NCBI GenBank assembly: GCA_017465545.1
Contig: JAFTVY010000054.1
Span: forward strand, 4,613 to 68,612
Direction: 5' to 3'
DNA length: 64,000 bases
From: Ruminiclostridium sp.
Lineage (GTDB): Bacteria > Bacillota > Clostridia > Oscillospirales > Ruminococcaceae
Shown here: positions 8,893 to 18,035 of the stretch, piece by piece
Numbering within the stretch: position 1 is the stretch's first letter
Layout: every line of letters begins with the position of its first letter
Notes under the pieces: model-generated
The model's database searches: none
Told to the model about the DNA's origin: nothing
Seen by the model: the letters and a program-made list of their open reading frames with translations, nothing else
Translations under genes and position numbers: made by a program

Positions 8893-10071
8893 TTAAAGCT
8901 CTGCCTTAGCCGCAATTGTGTAGATAGCTCTTACGTCCTCTTCGGACAGTCTTACAAAGCCCCAGGTTCTGTCCTTGATGCCCATATTCTTTGCAAGGGT
9001 GGGGATATCCTCTTCCTTTGCACCAAGCTCCTTAAAGTTTATCGGCATACCGATGCTGTGTAAGAAGCTACGGAAACGCTTTATACCTTCGAGAGCGGTT
9101 GCTTCGGGATTCTCAAAATTCATCTGACAACCGAATACTCTTACCGCCATCTGGGCGAATCTCATAACGTCGTGCTTGTATACGAATTCCATCCAGGCGG
9201 GCATTATTACCGCAAGACCTGCACCGTGTGCCACGTCGTACATACCTGATAACTCATGCTCGATGCCGTGGCTGTTCCAGTCCTGACTTCTGCCTACGCC
9301 GACAATATTTGTATGTGCCACAGTACCTGCCCACATGATATTTGCTCTTGCTTCGTAGTTTTCAGGATCGGCAATGACTCTGGGAGTTTCCTTTACCATT
9401 GTCATAAGCACCGCTTCACAAAGTCTGTCGGTGATTTCTACTTCCTTTGTGTTGGTGAAATATCTTTCGAATACGTGAGCCATAATATCGGTTGCACCGC
9501 AGGCTGTCTGGTAGGGAGGAAGGGTAAAGGTAAGCTCAGGATTTAAAATAGAGAATTTCGGTCTTAATAAATCAGAGCCTGCTCCTCTCTTTTCCATTCC
9601 GTCTTCCTTTGTTATTACGGTATCGCCTGAGCCTTCGCTACCTGCCGCCGCAATGGTGAGAACGGTAGCTACGGGTAAAGCCGCCTTGATAACAGCCTTT
9701 CCGCAGTAGAAGTCCCAGAAATCTCCCTCGTAGCATACGCCTGCCGCAATAGCCTTTGCGCTGTCTATTACCGAGCCACCGCCTACAGAAAGAATAAAGT
9801 CGATATTTTCTTTTCTGCAAAGCTCAATGCCTTCGTATACCTTGCTGTCACGGGGATTGGGCCTTACTCCGCCAAGCTCCGTAAAGCAGATGCCGCAGTC
9901 TGTGAGGGATTTCTTTACTCTGTCAAGAAGTCCCGATTTTACCGCAGAGCCGCCGCCAAAGTGAAGAAGTACTTTCGTACCGCCGTGCTTTTTTACGTAT
10001 CTGCCGCAGTCGTTTTCCGTGTCCTTACCGAATACGAATTCCGTAGGACTGTAAAAGCTGAAATTATCCAT
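8893..10071 (-). CDS. iron-containing alcohol dehydrogenase (BdhA/YqhD-like)
   Basis: GGGSVIDSAK, TIAAAGSE, HGIEHELS and HGAGLA motifs. Confidence 0.92.
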   Translation of the reverse strand: MDNFSFYSPTEFVFGKDTENDCGRYVKKHGGTKVLLHFGGGSAVKSGLLDRVKKSLTDCGICFTELGGVRPNPRDSKVYEGIELCRKENIDFILSVGGGSVIDSAKAIAAGVCYEGDFWDFYCGKAVIKAALPVATVLTIAAAGSEGSGDTVITKEDGMEKRGAGSDLLRPKFSILNPELTFTLPPYQTACGATDIMAHVFERYFTNTKEVEITDRLCEAVLMTMVKETPRVIADPENYEARANIMWAGTVAHTNIVGVGRSQDWNSHGIEHELSGMYDVAHGAGLAVIMPAWMEFVYKHDVMRFAQMAVRVFGCQMNFENPEATALEGIKRFRSFLHSIGMPINFKELGAKEEDIPTLAKNMGIKDRTWGFVRLSEEDVRAIYTIAAKAEL

Positions 10072-10107
10072 ACCGTTTTCCTTTCTGAATAAAAAGTTTA
10101 TCTTGAT

Positions 10108-11040
10108 TTATTTACTACCGTAATACTCTCTGACTACCTGCTGTGCCAGCTTGCCGTATATATCGTAGCCGCCGTGAGTCTGTGCCTTTTCTATGGGGTA
10201 TTGACGCCAGGTCCAGTCCCATATGCAAAAGCCCTTTGCCCATTCTCTCTTGTCGCAGGCGTCAAACATTGCCTTGTACCAGTCCGCCTGTCCCTGCTGG
10301 TCAATATCGCCTCTTACCGACCAGTCGTTCGGTACGAGATTTGCATTCTTTACCGACATACAGCCGCATTCTGCAAAGAAGAAGGGCTTGCCGAACTTCT
10401 TTACTACCTTTTCTATTCTGTCAAGCTGTTTTTCCCAGTCGTTTATGGGATAGTATCCGCTGGAGGATATTACGTCCACCGCATCCCACCAGCTTACGTT
10501 ATGCTCCTGATATTTATCCGTATTGTAGGAAACGAGACCGTCGTACACCTTGCGGATTTCGGAAATCACCTGACGCCATTCTGCGTCTCTCTTTTCCGAT
10601 TGTACCATCTCACAGCCTGCTATAAACATCTCACATTTTTCCTGCTGTGCGATTTTGGCGTAGTGGCATTGAAACTCCGTGTACGATCTGAACCAGTTGC
10701 ACCACTTCGGTTCGCAGATAACGTCCTCGTCGAAGAAGCTGATATGCGCACGCCAGGTACCGTTTCTGCAGTTTACGGTAGGCTTTAAGCATACTCTTAA
10801 ATTATGCTTTTCCTTTGCATAGCGTATCATTTTTATAAGCTCCTCGTCGGATAGCGTAGCGCAGGAGCTGAAATCGATACTCTCCGACTGGGGAGTGTCC
10901 TGCAGTCCGTTGGGAACGAGGATGATAAAATCCGCATTCGTGAGCTTTACAAGATTGTCGAGGCTGTCATATGCCTCATCCTTCTCAAAGGTGCCTCTTG
11001 GTGCAAAGGGAGCGAAGGTAACTCCTTTTATGAAATCCAT
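10108..11040 (-). CDS. glycoside hydrolase family 113 (beta-mannanase/mannosidase-like), no signal peptide
   Basis: LKPTVN, WRAHI, GCEM, SGYYP and FFAECG motifs typical of GH113; start taken at MDFIKGVT. Confidence 0.8.
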   Translation of the reverse strand: MDFIKGVTFAPFAPRGTFEKDEAYDSLDNLVKLTNADFIILVPNGLQDTPQSESIDFSSCATLSDEELIKMIRYAKEKHNLRVCLKPTVNCRNGTWRAHISFFDEDVICEPKWCNWFRSYTEFQCHYAKIAQQEKCEMFIAGCEMVQSEKRDAEWRQVISEIRKVYDGLVSYNTDKYQEHNVSWWDAVDVISSSGYYPINDWEKQLDRIEKVVKKFGKPFFFAECGCMSVKNANLVPNDWSVRGDIDQQGQADWYKAMFDACDKREWAKGFCIWDWTWRQYPIEKAQTHGGYDIYGKLAQQVVREYYGSK

Positions 11041-11195
11041 TATATATATCCCTTTCACAATAGCAATAATCTGCTGATATAAAAAGTCAGAAAAATGCTA
11101 TTTATTTTTTAAGAAAAGTATATCATTTCTCTTATTACTGTGCTATAATAAATTTATAAATAAATTGTAAAAATCTATCATAGGAGGTTTTTGAT

Positions 11196-12077
11196 ATGCA
11201 CTTTCTCTTTGAAGAATCCGACGTTTTGAGAACGCCGGTGGAATGCTTTTATTTTGATGCCAACTGTGAGAATTTCCCCGTAAAACCCCATTGGCATTAC
11301 TTTGCCGAAATGATTTTCATAATAGAGGGCTGTGCCGATATGTACTGTGGCGAGCGCAGATATATAGTGAGCGAGGGAGAAATGATATTTTTCCATCCCA
11401 GAACTGTACATTCTATCCATAGTGCTAACGGTAAAAAGCTATTTTATGCCGTAATGAAGTTTGATATAAACCGACTTAATATGACCTCCGACTATGCGCC
11501 GAAGCTCCGCAGTATCTTTCACAGCGCACAGAAAAGGGAAATGGAGATAATGTTTCCCGAAGGTATATGCGCTGAGGTAAAGGCAGAGGAGATATTCAGA
11601 GAATGCATAAGCGAGGCGCACGGCAGAGGCTACGGAAGTGATATTATTGTAAAATCCCGTATATATGAGCTTCTGATAAGGATACTGCGCATATGGCAGA
11701 GGGACGGCTTTACCATTGACAACGAGATCTACGCCGACGACAGCACTCCTGATATAAACAATATAACCGAGTATATCGACAGTCACATAAGCGAGGGCGT
11801 TACAGTAGAGGAGATAGCGAGAGAATGCCGTATGAGTTATTCCTACTTTGCAAAGAAATTCCTGCAGGTATACGGCAAGACCTGTAAGGAATATATAGAG
11901 GAAATACGGCTTTACAAGGTGGAGGAGCTTCTGCTCTACACCGACTTTGACCTGACCTATATCAGCAACGAAACCGGCTATTCCGACTGCAGTCATATGA
12001 TAAAGAGCTTCAAGAAATATAAGGGCGTTACCCCGAAGCGCTTCCGCACCGAAAAAAGAGCGGGCGTCAATACTTGA
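11196..12077 (+). CDS. AraC family regulator, divergent from the GH113 operon
   Basis: PHWHYFAE cupin; ETGYSDCSHMIKSFKK HTH. Confidence 0.92.
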   Translation: MHFLFEESDVLRTPVECFYFDANCENFPVKPHWHYFAEMIFIIEGCADMYCGERRYIVSEGEMIFFHPRTVHSIHSANGKKLFYAVMKFDINRLNMTSDYAPKLRSIFHSAQKREMEIMFPEGICAEVKAEEIFRECISEAHGRGYGSDIIVKSRIYELLIRILRIWQRDGFTIDNEIYADDSTPDINNITEYIDSHISEGVTVEEIARECRMSYSYFAKKFLQVYGKTCKEYIEEIRLYKVEELLLYTDFDLTYISNETGYSDCSHMIKSFKKYKGVTPKRFRTEKRAGVNT

Positions 12078-12148
12078 ATTTTTATTCATAATATGATACA
12101 ATATATTAAATATAGCTTTAATGAGAACAAAAAGAAGGAAATGACGTA

Positions 12149-13024
12149 ATGAGAGATATATATACAGACGAAAAATGCCCCGTATGTACCATCGCCTTCA
12201 GAGAAGACGACGACGTGGTGGTCTGCCCCGACTGTGGCACTCCCTATCATCGTGATTGCTACAAGAGTCAGGGCGGCTGCGTTTTTGCCGACAGACACGG
12301 AAGCTACACCTGGAAGGGCGATAAGCAGGTACTTAAAGAGCATTGCGAAAATATACACAGCGCAAAGATGAAAAAGCTTGCCGACAGCGAGGATGACGGC
12401 ATAGATATGACTACCGTCCACTCGGTGGAGGAGCTGAGAGAGGCGATGGACAGACAGCTTCTGAAGCAGCAGAAGGATTTTCCCGCGGTTGACGGAGTTG
12501 ACGCTGAGGAGCTGGTCAAGTTCTGTGGGAAGAATGCGGCGTATTATCTGCCTGTTTTCAGAGATATAATCAGCCGTGGACAGATACTGAAGCTCAATTT
12601 TTCAGCCTTTATCTTTTTCCCGCTTCATTGCTTTTTCAGAAGAATGAATCTGTTCGGCGTGATGATGCTTTTATTTATCATGCTTTTCGGAGAAGCAAGA
12701 GTGCTTATGGCGGATCCCGGCAACCTTCTCGGAATCGCACCCGAAATGGCACAGCTCTTTACGGTGCTTGCATCGGCGGCGATGCTGGCGATTCAGGTGT
12801 TTGTGCTGATGTTCTTCAATTTCTTCTATTTCCGTTTTGCGTTAAAGAAGATACGCAGTATAAAGAACGAATTTGCATCCTACAGCAGAAGAGAGGTGCT
12901 TCAGCGCATTTCGGAGGCAGGCAGACCGAGTCTTTTCAGCGGACTTGCCTTTGGTGTGTGTGCGGTGATAGTTATTTCTCTCGGCTTTCAGATACTTAAT
13001 AATTACCTCGGAGTAGCAATATAA
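12149..13024 (+). CDS. prokaryotic RING-finger / DUF2628-like membrane protein
   Basis: CPVC...CPDCGTPYHRDC...C zinc-finger pattern; C-terminal FNFSAFIFFPLHCFFRRM plus TM helices. Confidence 0.7.
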   Translation: MRDIYTDEKCPVCTIAFREDDDVVVCPDCGTPYHRDCYKSQGGCVFADRHGSYTWKGDKQVLKEHCENIHSAKMKKLADSEDDGIDMTTVHSVEELREAMDRQLLKQQKDFPAVDGVDAEELVKFCGKNAAYYLPVFRDIISRGQILKLNFSAFIFFPLHCFFRRMNLFGVMMLLFIMLFGEARVLMADPGNLLGIAPEMAQLFTVLASAAMLAIQVFVLMFFNFFYFRFALKKIRSIKNEFASYSRREVLQRISEAGRPSLFSGLAFGVCAVIVISLGFQILNNYLGVAI

Positions 13025-13057
13025 AATAACCGTAATTTTATGAAAGGAGTGACAGAA

Positions 13058-14908
13058 ATGGGTAAGCTCAAGGCTCTTTATATGAGCAACTATATTACCG
13101 CCTCGGTGAAGGAAGAAGAATTCACAGAACAGCCCGAGGCTAAAAAAAGCATACCCTTTTTAATCTGGCTCTCCTTTTTCGTTATCTATTCGGTGATGGG
13201 GCTGTTTATAAAAACGGTAAGCTTCAGCGGAGAATTTCTTCCCGCCGCCTGCGCCTCGGTGCTGACGGGCAGGGACTGGTTCTCGGTTATGCCTGCTCCC
13301 GATAGCTTGGGACAGCTTCTGCAGGGTATATTCTATCTTCCGTCTATGCTGATTTTCAGAGAGCCTATTGCCCAGTATGCCTCATATATGGTGATAAGCG
13401 CTATGATATATGCCCTTATCCCTCTTATGGCGTACAGAATGACGCTACGCTTTTCTGTAACGAAAACACGACAGAGAGTGCTGACAGCCTCTGTCTGCGG
13501 ACTTTTACCCGCCATTCTCGGCGGCTCGCGTTTTCTTGTGACCGAGCCCTTTACGGCGGTTATTGGTTGGGCACTTCTTATGCTTCTTACCGATGACCTT
13601 AAAAGCGACAAGAAAAAGAAAATGCATCTGCTTAGTTCTGTCGGTGCAGGTGCGCTGTGCGGCTTTGCCTTTCTTATAAACAATACGTATTTTTCGCTTT
13701 TTGCCGCAATACTTATATATCTTATCTTCCTGCAGGCGTCAGGCAGAAGCAAGCCTGTCAGCATAACCGTATTCTTTATTACCTTTATGCTTATAGCTGT
13801 ATCGGATCATCTTTTCACTATGTTCTTTGCAGGAAGCTCCCATATAGTGAGCGGAAGCGATATTCTTGACAGAGTGACAGCCGCCTTTCACGGCTTATGC
13901 ACTACCCCTGTGGAGCTGTTTATCCATATAGGCGGCAGAGCCTACTATCTGACGGTAGCCTCCTTCGGTCTGGCTACAGCGGCAATAGCTCTTATAATCA
14001 TAATATATCTTAACTACATAAGAAAAAAGAAAAGAAGGACGGAGCAGTTCTACAGCGAAAATATCTATCTTTTCGGCATACTTATTTTTATAATCACGGT
14101 GACGGCGATACTCACAGACAGCTTTTTATCTCTTGGCAGACCGATAATAAGCCAGGAGCAGATGTTCAGTGCAATACCCGTTTATCCCGTAATATCGGCG
14201 CTGGTATTTCTGTTCTTTATCTATCTTCAGCGCTATGGTGCTACCTACGTAAGGGTAATGGCTATGATAAGCCTTATCGGACTTGTTTCGGTAGCGGCAA
14301 TAATTATCTGCTCGGACACAGCGGACAAAATAAACGCCTTTATCACAGCGCAGAGTCAGGGAATATCCGCCTTAAAGCCGGGCTTTGAAACAACGTCAGC
14401 TCTTACGGGCGATACTATGATATACCCCGTACTCTTTATATTTACCGCCTTTGCGGCAATAATCCCGATAGTATGCTGTGCAAAGGAATACGCCCATAAA
14501 ATCACCGTTCTTGTTGCGGCAGGGCTTATTCTCTACAGCTCGGTATTCACGATAATAGACACCTGCGCTACCTATAATGCGAAGGCAGAAAGCACGATAA
14601 CCTCCGTTACCGAAACGTCAGGCTTCATAAAGCACGGCGACAAGGGAGAAATGCCCTGCGTCGCAGTCTATTCTGCGGATACACAGCTTGCAATGAATAT
14701 GCAGTACTTCAATCAGGACAGCGAGGTTGTAAGGATAAGCTCGCCTGAGCTTGTTCCCGACAGCTGTTATCTTGTAACCGATACCGACGTAAAGCCTGAC
14801 GGCTATGCGGTGCTGGTCGGCAGAGCAGGGGATTTAAGCGTTTACGCCTGCGGCGAAGAGGCGGTGCTGTATCACGAACAGACAACTAAAAACGAACTCA
14901 CAGACTAA
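13058..14908 (+). CDS. large polytopic membrane protein (possibly GT-C fold)
   Basis: About 14 hydrophobic segments plus a C-terminal soluble domain; the GT-C resemblance is weak inference. Confidence 0.65.
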   Translation: MGKLKALYMSNYITASVKEEEFTEQPEAKKSIPFLIWLSFFVIYSVMGLFIKTVSFSGEFLPAACASVLTGRDWFSVMPAPDSLGQLLQGIFYLPSMLIFREPIAQYASYMVISAMIYALIPLMAYRMTLRFSVTKTRQRVLTASVCGLLPAILGGSRFLVTEPFTAVIGWALLMLLTDDLKSDKKKKMHLLSSVGAGALCGFAFLINNTYFSLFAAILIYLIFLQASGRSKPVSITVFFITFMLIAVSDHLFTMFFAGSSHIVSGSDILDRVTAAFHGLCTTPVELFIHIGGRAYYLTVASFGLATAAIALIIIIYLNYIRKKKRRTEQFYSENIYLFGILIFIITVTAILTDSFLSLGRPIISQEQMFSAIPVYPVISALVFLFFIYLQRYGATYVRVMAMISLIGLVSVAAIIICSDTADKINAFITAQSQGISALKPGFETTSALTGDTMIYPVLFIFTAFAAIIPIVCCAKEYAHKITVLVAAGLILYSSVFTIIDTCATYNAKAESTITSVTETSGFIKHGDKGEMPCVAVYSADTQLAMNMQYFNQDSEVVRISSPELVPDSCYLVTDTDVKPDGYAVLVGRAGDLSVYACGEEAVLYHEQTTKNELTD

Positions 14909-14921
14909 AAAAGGATAAGCT

Positions 14922-16271
14922 ATGCCTATACTAAAGAAAAAACAGAAAACCATGCAATCGTCGAGAGTACTTTTTCTCGGCTTTGCTGTTATTATTCTTA
15001 TTGGTGCGTCGTTGCTGTGCCTTCCCATATCTTCAAAAAGCGGCAATTTCACAGACTTTATCGATTGCCTTTTTACCGCTACCAGTGCCACCTGTGTAAC
15101 CGGTATAACGGTATTCGACACCTATACGCAGTTCTCCTTTTTCGGTCAGGGCGTTATACTCATGCTGTTTCAGGTCGGTGGACTCGGCTTTCTTGCCTTT
15201 GTAACCTTCTTCAACTTCCTGCTTGGTAAAAAAATGGGTTGGTCATCGGTAAAGACGGCGGCAGCAGATTTCACCTCTGACGCCTTGCTTACACCACGCA
15301 AGCTCTTTTCGGAGATTATACTTTACTCCCTTGCTATAGAGCTTTTCGGAGCGCTTCTGCTTATGACGGTATTCATCCCCGATTTCGGGGCCTATGGCGT
15401 ATTTATGTCGGTATTCATGTCGGTATCCGCCTTCTGCAACGCAGGCTTTGACGTTATGGGCATTGCCGGTGGAATAGGTAGTTATTCGGATAATCCGATA
15501 GTTATTTTTACCCTGCTTCTTATGATTTTTATGGGTGCTATAGGCTATCTTGTATGGCACAACGTTATACATTACAGAAAGCTGAAACGCCTCACCTTTC
15601 ATACACGTATCGTAATTCTGATGACTGCAGTATTTACGTTGATTGCTTTTATAACGGTATTCACTGCAGAATATTCGAACGTCGGAACTATAGGTGGAAT
15701 GCCCTTGCCGGAAAAAATAATGAATAGTGTGTTCTTCAGCATCAGCGCAAGAACGGCAGGCATCAACACCTTTGATCCGTCAAATCTGACATCTTTCACC
15801 AAAATAATAATAACCCTGCTTATGTTTATAGGTGCGGCTCCTGCTTCTACGGGCGGTGGAATAAAGGTAACTACAGCTGCGGTGGTGTTGGCTACAGTAA
15901 TATCCGTTCTTAAGGGTGACGAGGATATACACATTTTAGGTCATAAGCTGAAAAAGGATGCTATATTAAAAACTCTGACGGTGCTTGTACTGTCAATAGC
16001 TATGGTGTTGCTTTCATTTATAGCAGTACATCGCTGCGTTCCTCATATTCCTATGCAGAATGTGCTTTTTGAGGTGGTATCAGGCTTTTCTACCTGTGGT
16101 AGCTCACTTGGAGTTTCGGCACAGCTTGATACTGTAGGAAAATTGGTTATGGTACTCACTATGCTTACCGGCAGATTAGGCCCTATCACCATTATGATGT
16201 CGCTTATGATAAGAAATAAAAAGAAGAGTAAGAACAAGATTCTCCCTGAGGATGATATACTGGTAGGTTAA
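14922..16271 (+). CDS. TrkH/KtrB-family potassium uptake membrane subunit
   Basis: TATSATCVTG, SAFCNAGF, SARTAG, GGGIK and FEVVSGFSTCGSS pore motifs. Confidence 0.92.
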   Translation: MPILKKKQKTMQSSRVLFLGFAVIILIGASLLCLPISSKSGNFTDFIDCLFTATSATCVTGITVFDTYTQFSFFGQGVILMLFQVGGLGFLAFVTFFNFLLGKKMGWSSVKTAAADFTSDALLTPRKLFSEIILYSLAIELFGALLLMTVFIPDFGAYGVFMSVFMSVSAFCNAGFDVMGIAGGIGSYSDNPIVIFTLLLMIFMGAIGYLVWHNVIHYRKLKRLTFHTRIVILMTAVFTLIAFITVFTAEYSNVGTIGGMPLPEKIMNSVFFSISARTAGINTFDPSNLTSFTKIIITLLMFIGAAPASTGGGIKVTTAAVVLATVISVLKGDEDIHILGHKLKKDAILKTLTVLVLSIAMVLLSFIAVHRCVPHIPMQNVLFEVVSGFSTCGSSLGVSAQLDTVGKLVMVLTMLTGRLGPITIMMSLMIRNKKKSKNKILPEDDILVG

Positions 16272-16272
16272 T

Positions 16273-16992
16273 ATGCAGGAAAGCTTTGATTTAAACGGAA
16301 TAAAAATATATGTAAGCGATGACCACCGCTTCGGCACAGACGCCTTTCTGCTGGCTGACTATGCGGCAGTACGCCCCTCCCACAAGGTATGCGACTTATG
16401 TACGGGTTGCGGCATAATACCTCTGATAATGTGCAGAAAAAATCCGCCTAAGGAGATCTACGGCATTGAAATAATGCCGGATGCTGTGGAGCTTTTTAAT
16501 AAAAGCGTCAGCGAAAACGGACTTTCAGACAGAGTAAAGCCGGTCTGCTGTGACTTGAAAACACCCGAGGGCGTACCCACGGAATATTTCGATATAGTTA
16601 CTGTAAATCCGCCCTACTGGAAAAAAGGCTCAGGCGAAGAGCGGCTTTCCGAAAAGCAGGCGGCGGCAAGGCACGAAATACTCTGCGATATAAACGACGT
16701 GGTAAAGACCTCAGCAAGACTTTTAAAGTATGGCGGCAGTCTTAAAATGTGCCAGATACCTCTGCGACTTGCGGACGTTATCTGCTCTATGAGAGCAAAC
16801 GGCATAGAGCCAAAAACCATAACTCCCGTAGTAAATCATATCGGGGACAAGCCCTGGCTGTTTCTTATAAGCGGCAAAAAGGGCGGTAAACCGGGTATGG
16901 AGATAACTCCCGAGTTTGCGGTATACGGCGAGGGTAACGAGTATTCTGCCGATATGCAGAAAATATACGATATAAATTCAGAAAAGGAATAA
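16273..16992 (+). CDS. tRNA1(Val) adenine(37)-N6 methyltransferase family (YabB/TrmN6-like)
   Basis: FGTDAFLL, DLCTGCG, NPPY and ARHE motifs; adjacent to rsmI as usual. Confidence 0.85.
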   Translation: MQESFDLNGIKIYVSDDHRFGTDAFLLADYAAVRPSHKVCDLCTGCGIIPLIMCRKNPPKEIYGIEIMPDAVELFNKSVSENGLSDRVKPVCCDLKTPEGVPTEYFDIVTVNPPYWKKGSGEERLSEKQAAARHEILCDINDVVKTSARLLKYGGSLKMCQIPLRLADVICSMRANGIEPKTITPVVNHIGDKPWLFLISGKKGGKPGMEITPEFAVYGEGNEYSADMQKIYDINSEKE

Positions 16993-16995
16993 ACA

Positions 16996-17823
16996 ATGTC
17001 AGGAAAGCTTTATATAGTAGGCACTCCCATAGGTAATCTGTCGGATATATCACCAAGAGCATTGGAAACGCTTGCCAAGGTGGATTTTATAGCGGCAGAG
17101 GATACGAGAGTCAGCGGAAAACTCCTTCAGCACTTCGGTATACACAAGCCTATGGTGAGCTATCATAAATTCAGCGGCAATAAAAGAGGCGAGGACATTG
17201 CCGAAAGACTGCGTCAGGGAGAAACCTGCGCAATAATCACCGATGCGGGTATGCCTTGTATTTCGGATCCCGGCGAGGAGTTGGTAAGGGACTGCCACAC
17301 CTACGGCATAGAGCTGGAAAGCGTACCAGGTCCCAGCGCCGCAATCACCGCCCTTTGTATGAGCGGACTTGATACCTCCCGCTTTTCCTTTGAAGGCTTT
17401 TTAAGTGTAACCAAAAAGCAGAGAGAGGAGCATATTGAGGAGATAAAGGACTTTACCCGTACCCTTATTTTCTACGAAGCTCCCCACAAGCTGAAAAATA
17501 CCCTTCAGGATCTGTATGACGCTCTTGGCGACAGGCAGGCGGCACTTTGCAGAGAGCTTACCAAGATTCACGAAGAGGTGATAAAGGGAAGTCTGTCCGA
17601 GCTTATTGAGTATTACAGAGAAAAATCCCCCAAGGGTGAATACGTTTTGGTTCTTGAGGGAAAAAAGAAGGATGAAGAAAACGCAGAGCTTACTCTTGAC
17701 GATGCGGTAGCTATGGCTCAGGCTCTTATAGATAAGGGAGAAAAGCAAAGCGAGGCTTGTAAGAAAATAGCGGCGAAAACAGCCTTCTCAAAATCAGAAA
17801 TTTACAAGGCGTTGCTCTCCTGA
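16996..17823 (+). CDS. rsmI: 16S rRNA (cytidine1402-2'-O)-methyltransferase
   Basis: LYIVGTPIGNLSDISPRA, AAEDTR, DAGMPCISDPG, YEAPH and RELTKIHEE motifs. Confidence 0.95.
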   Translation: MSGKLYIVGTPIGNLSDISPRALETLAKVDFIAAEDTRVSGKLLQHFGIHKPMVSYHKFSGNKRGEDIAERLRQGETCAIITDAGMPCISDPGEELVRDCHTYGIELESVPGPSAAITALCMSGLDTSRFSFEGFLSVTKKQREEHIEEIKDFTRTLIFYEAPHKLKNTLQDLYDALGDRQAALCRELTKIHEEVIKGSLSELIEYYREKSPKGEYVLVLEGKKKDEENAELTLDDAVAMAQALIDKGEKQSEACKKIAAKTAFSKSEIYKALLS

Positions 17824-17915
17824 TACAGCGGAAAAATACCCCGAAAAAATAGATTTATACAATTTTATACACTATACACAAAATCAGAGCGTAAAATTTG
17901 TTTAAAATACCGCCC

Positions 17916-17944
17916 TTGAAACGAAAACGATTTCTTGCTATAAT
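17916..17944 (+). promoter_or_regulatory. sigmaA promoter of the GH94 gene
   Basis: TTGAAA-17 bp-TATAAT with extended TG; GAAAACGATTTC near-palindrome in the spacer. Confidence 0.65.
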
Positions 17945-18035
17945 AGAAACAGACAATAAAAAGTCACAGAATGCCCTTTTAAAAAAACGGTTTCAGGTTT
18001 TTCGGAAGGGCTTTAAAAATAAGGAGGATATTCCA

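Noticed and set aside
14922-16271. TrkH/KtrB without an adjacent TrkA/KtrA
   Set aside because: The regulatory subunit is often encoded elsewhere; not unusual.
17898-18035. N-terminal extensions given by the ORF track for GH94 (and likewise guaB 20666-20767)
   Set aside because: They span promoter or leader sequence; downstream ATGs have proper RBSs and family-typical starts.
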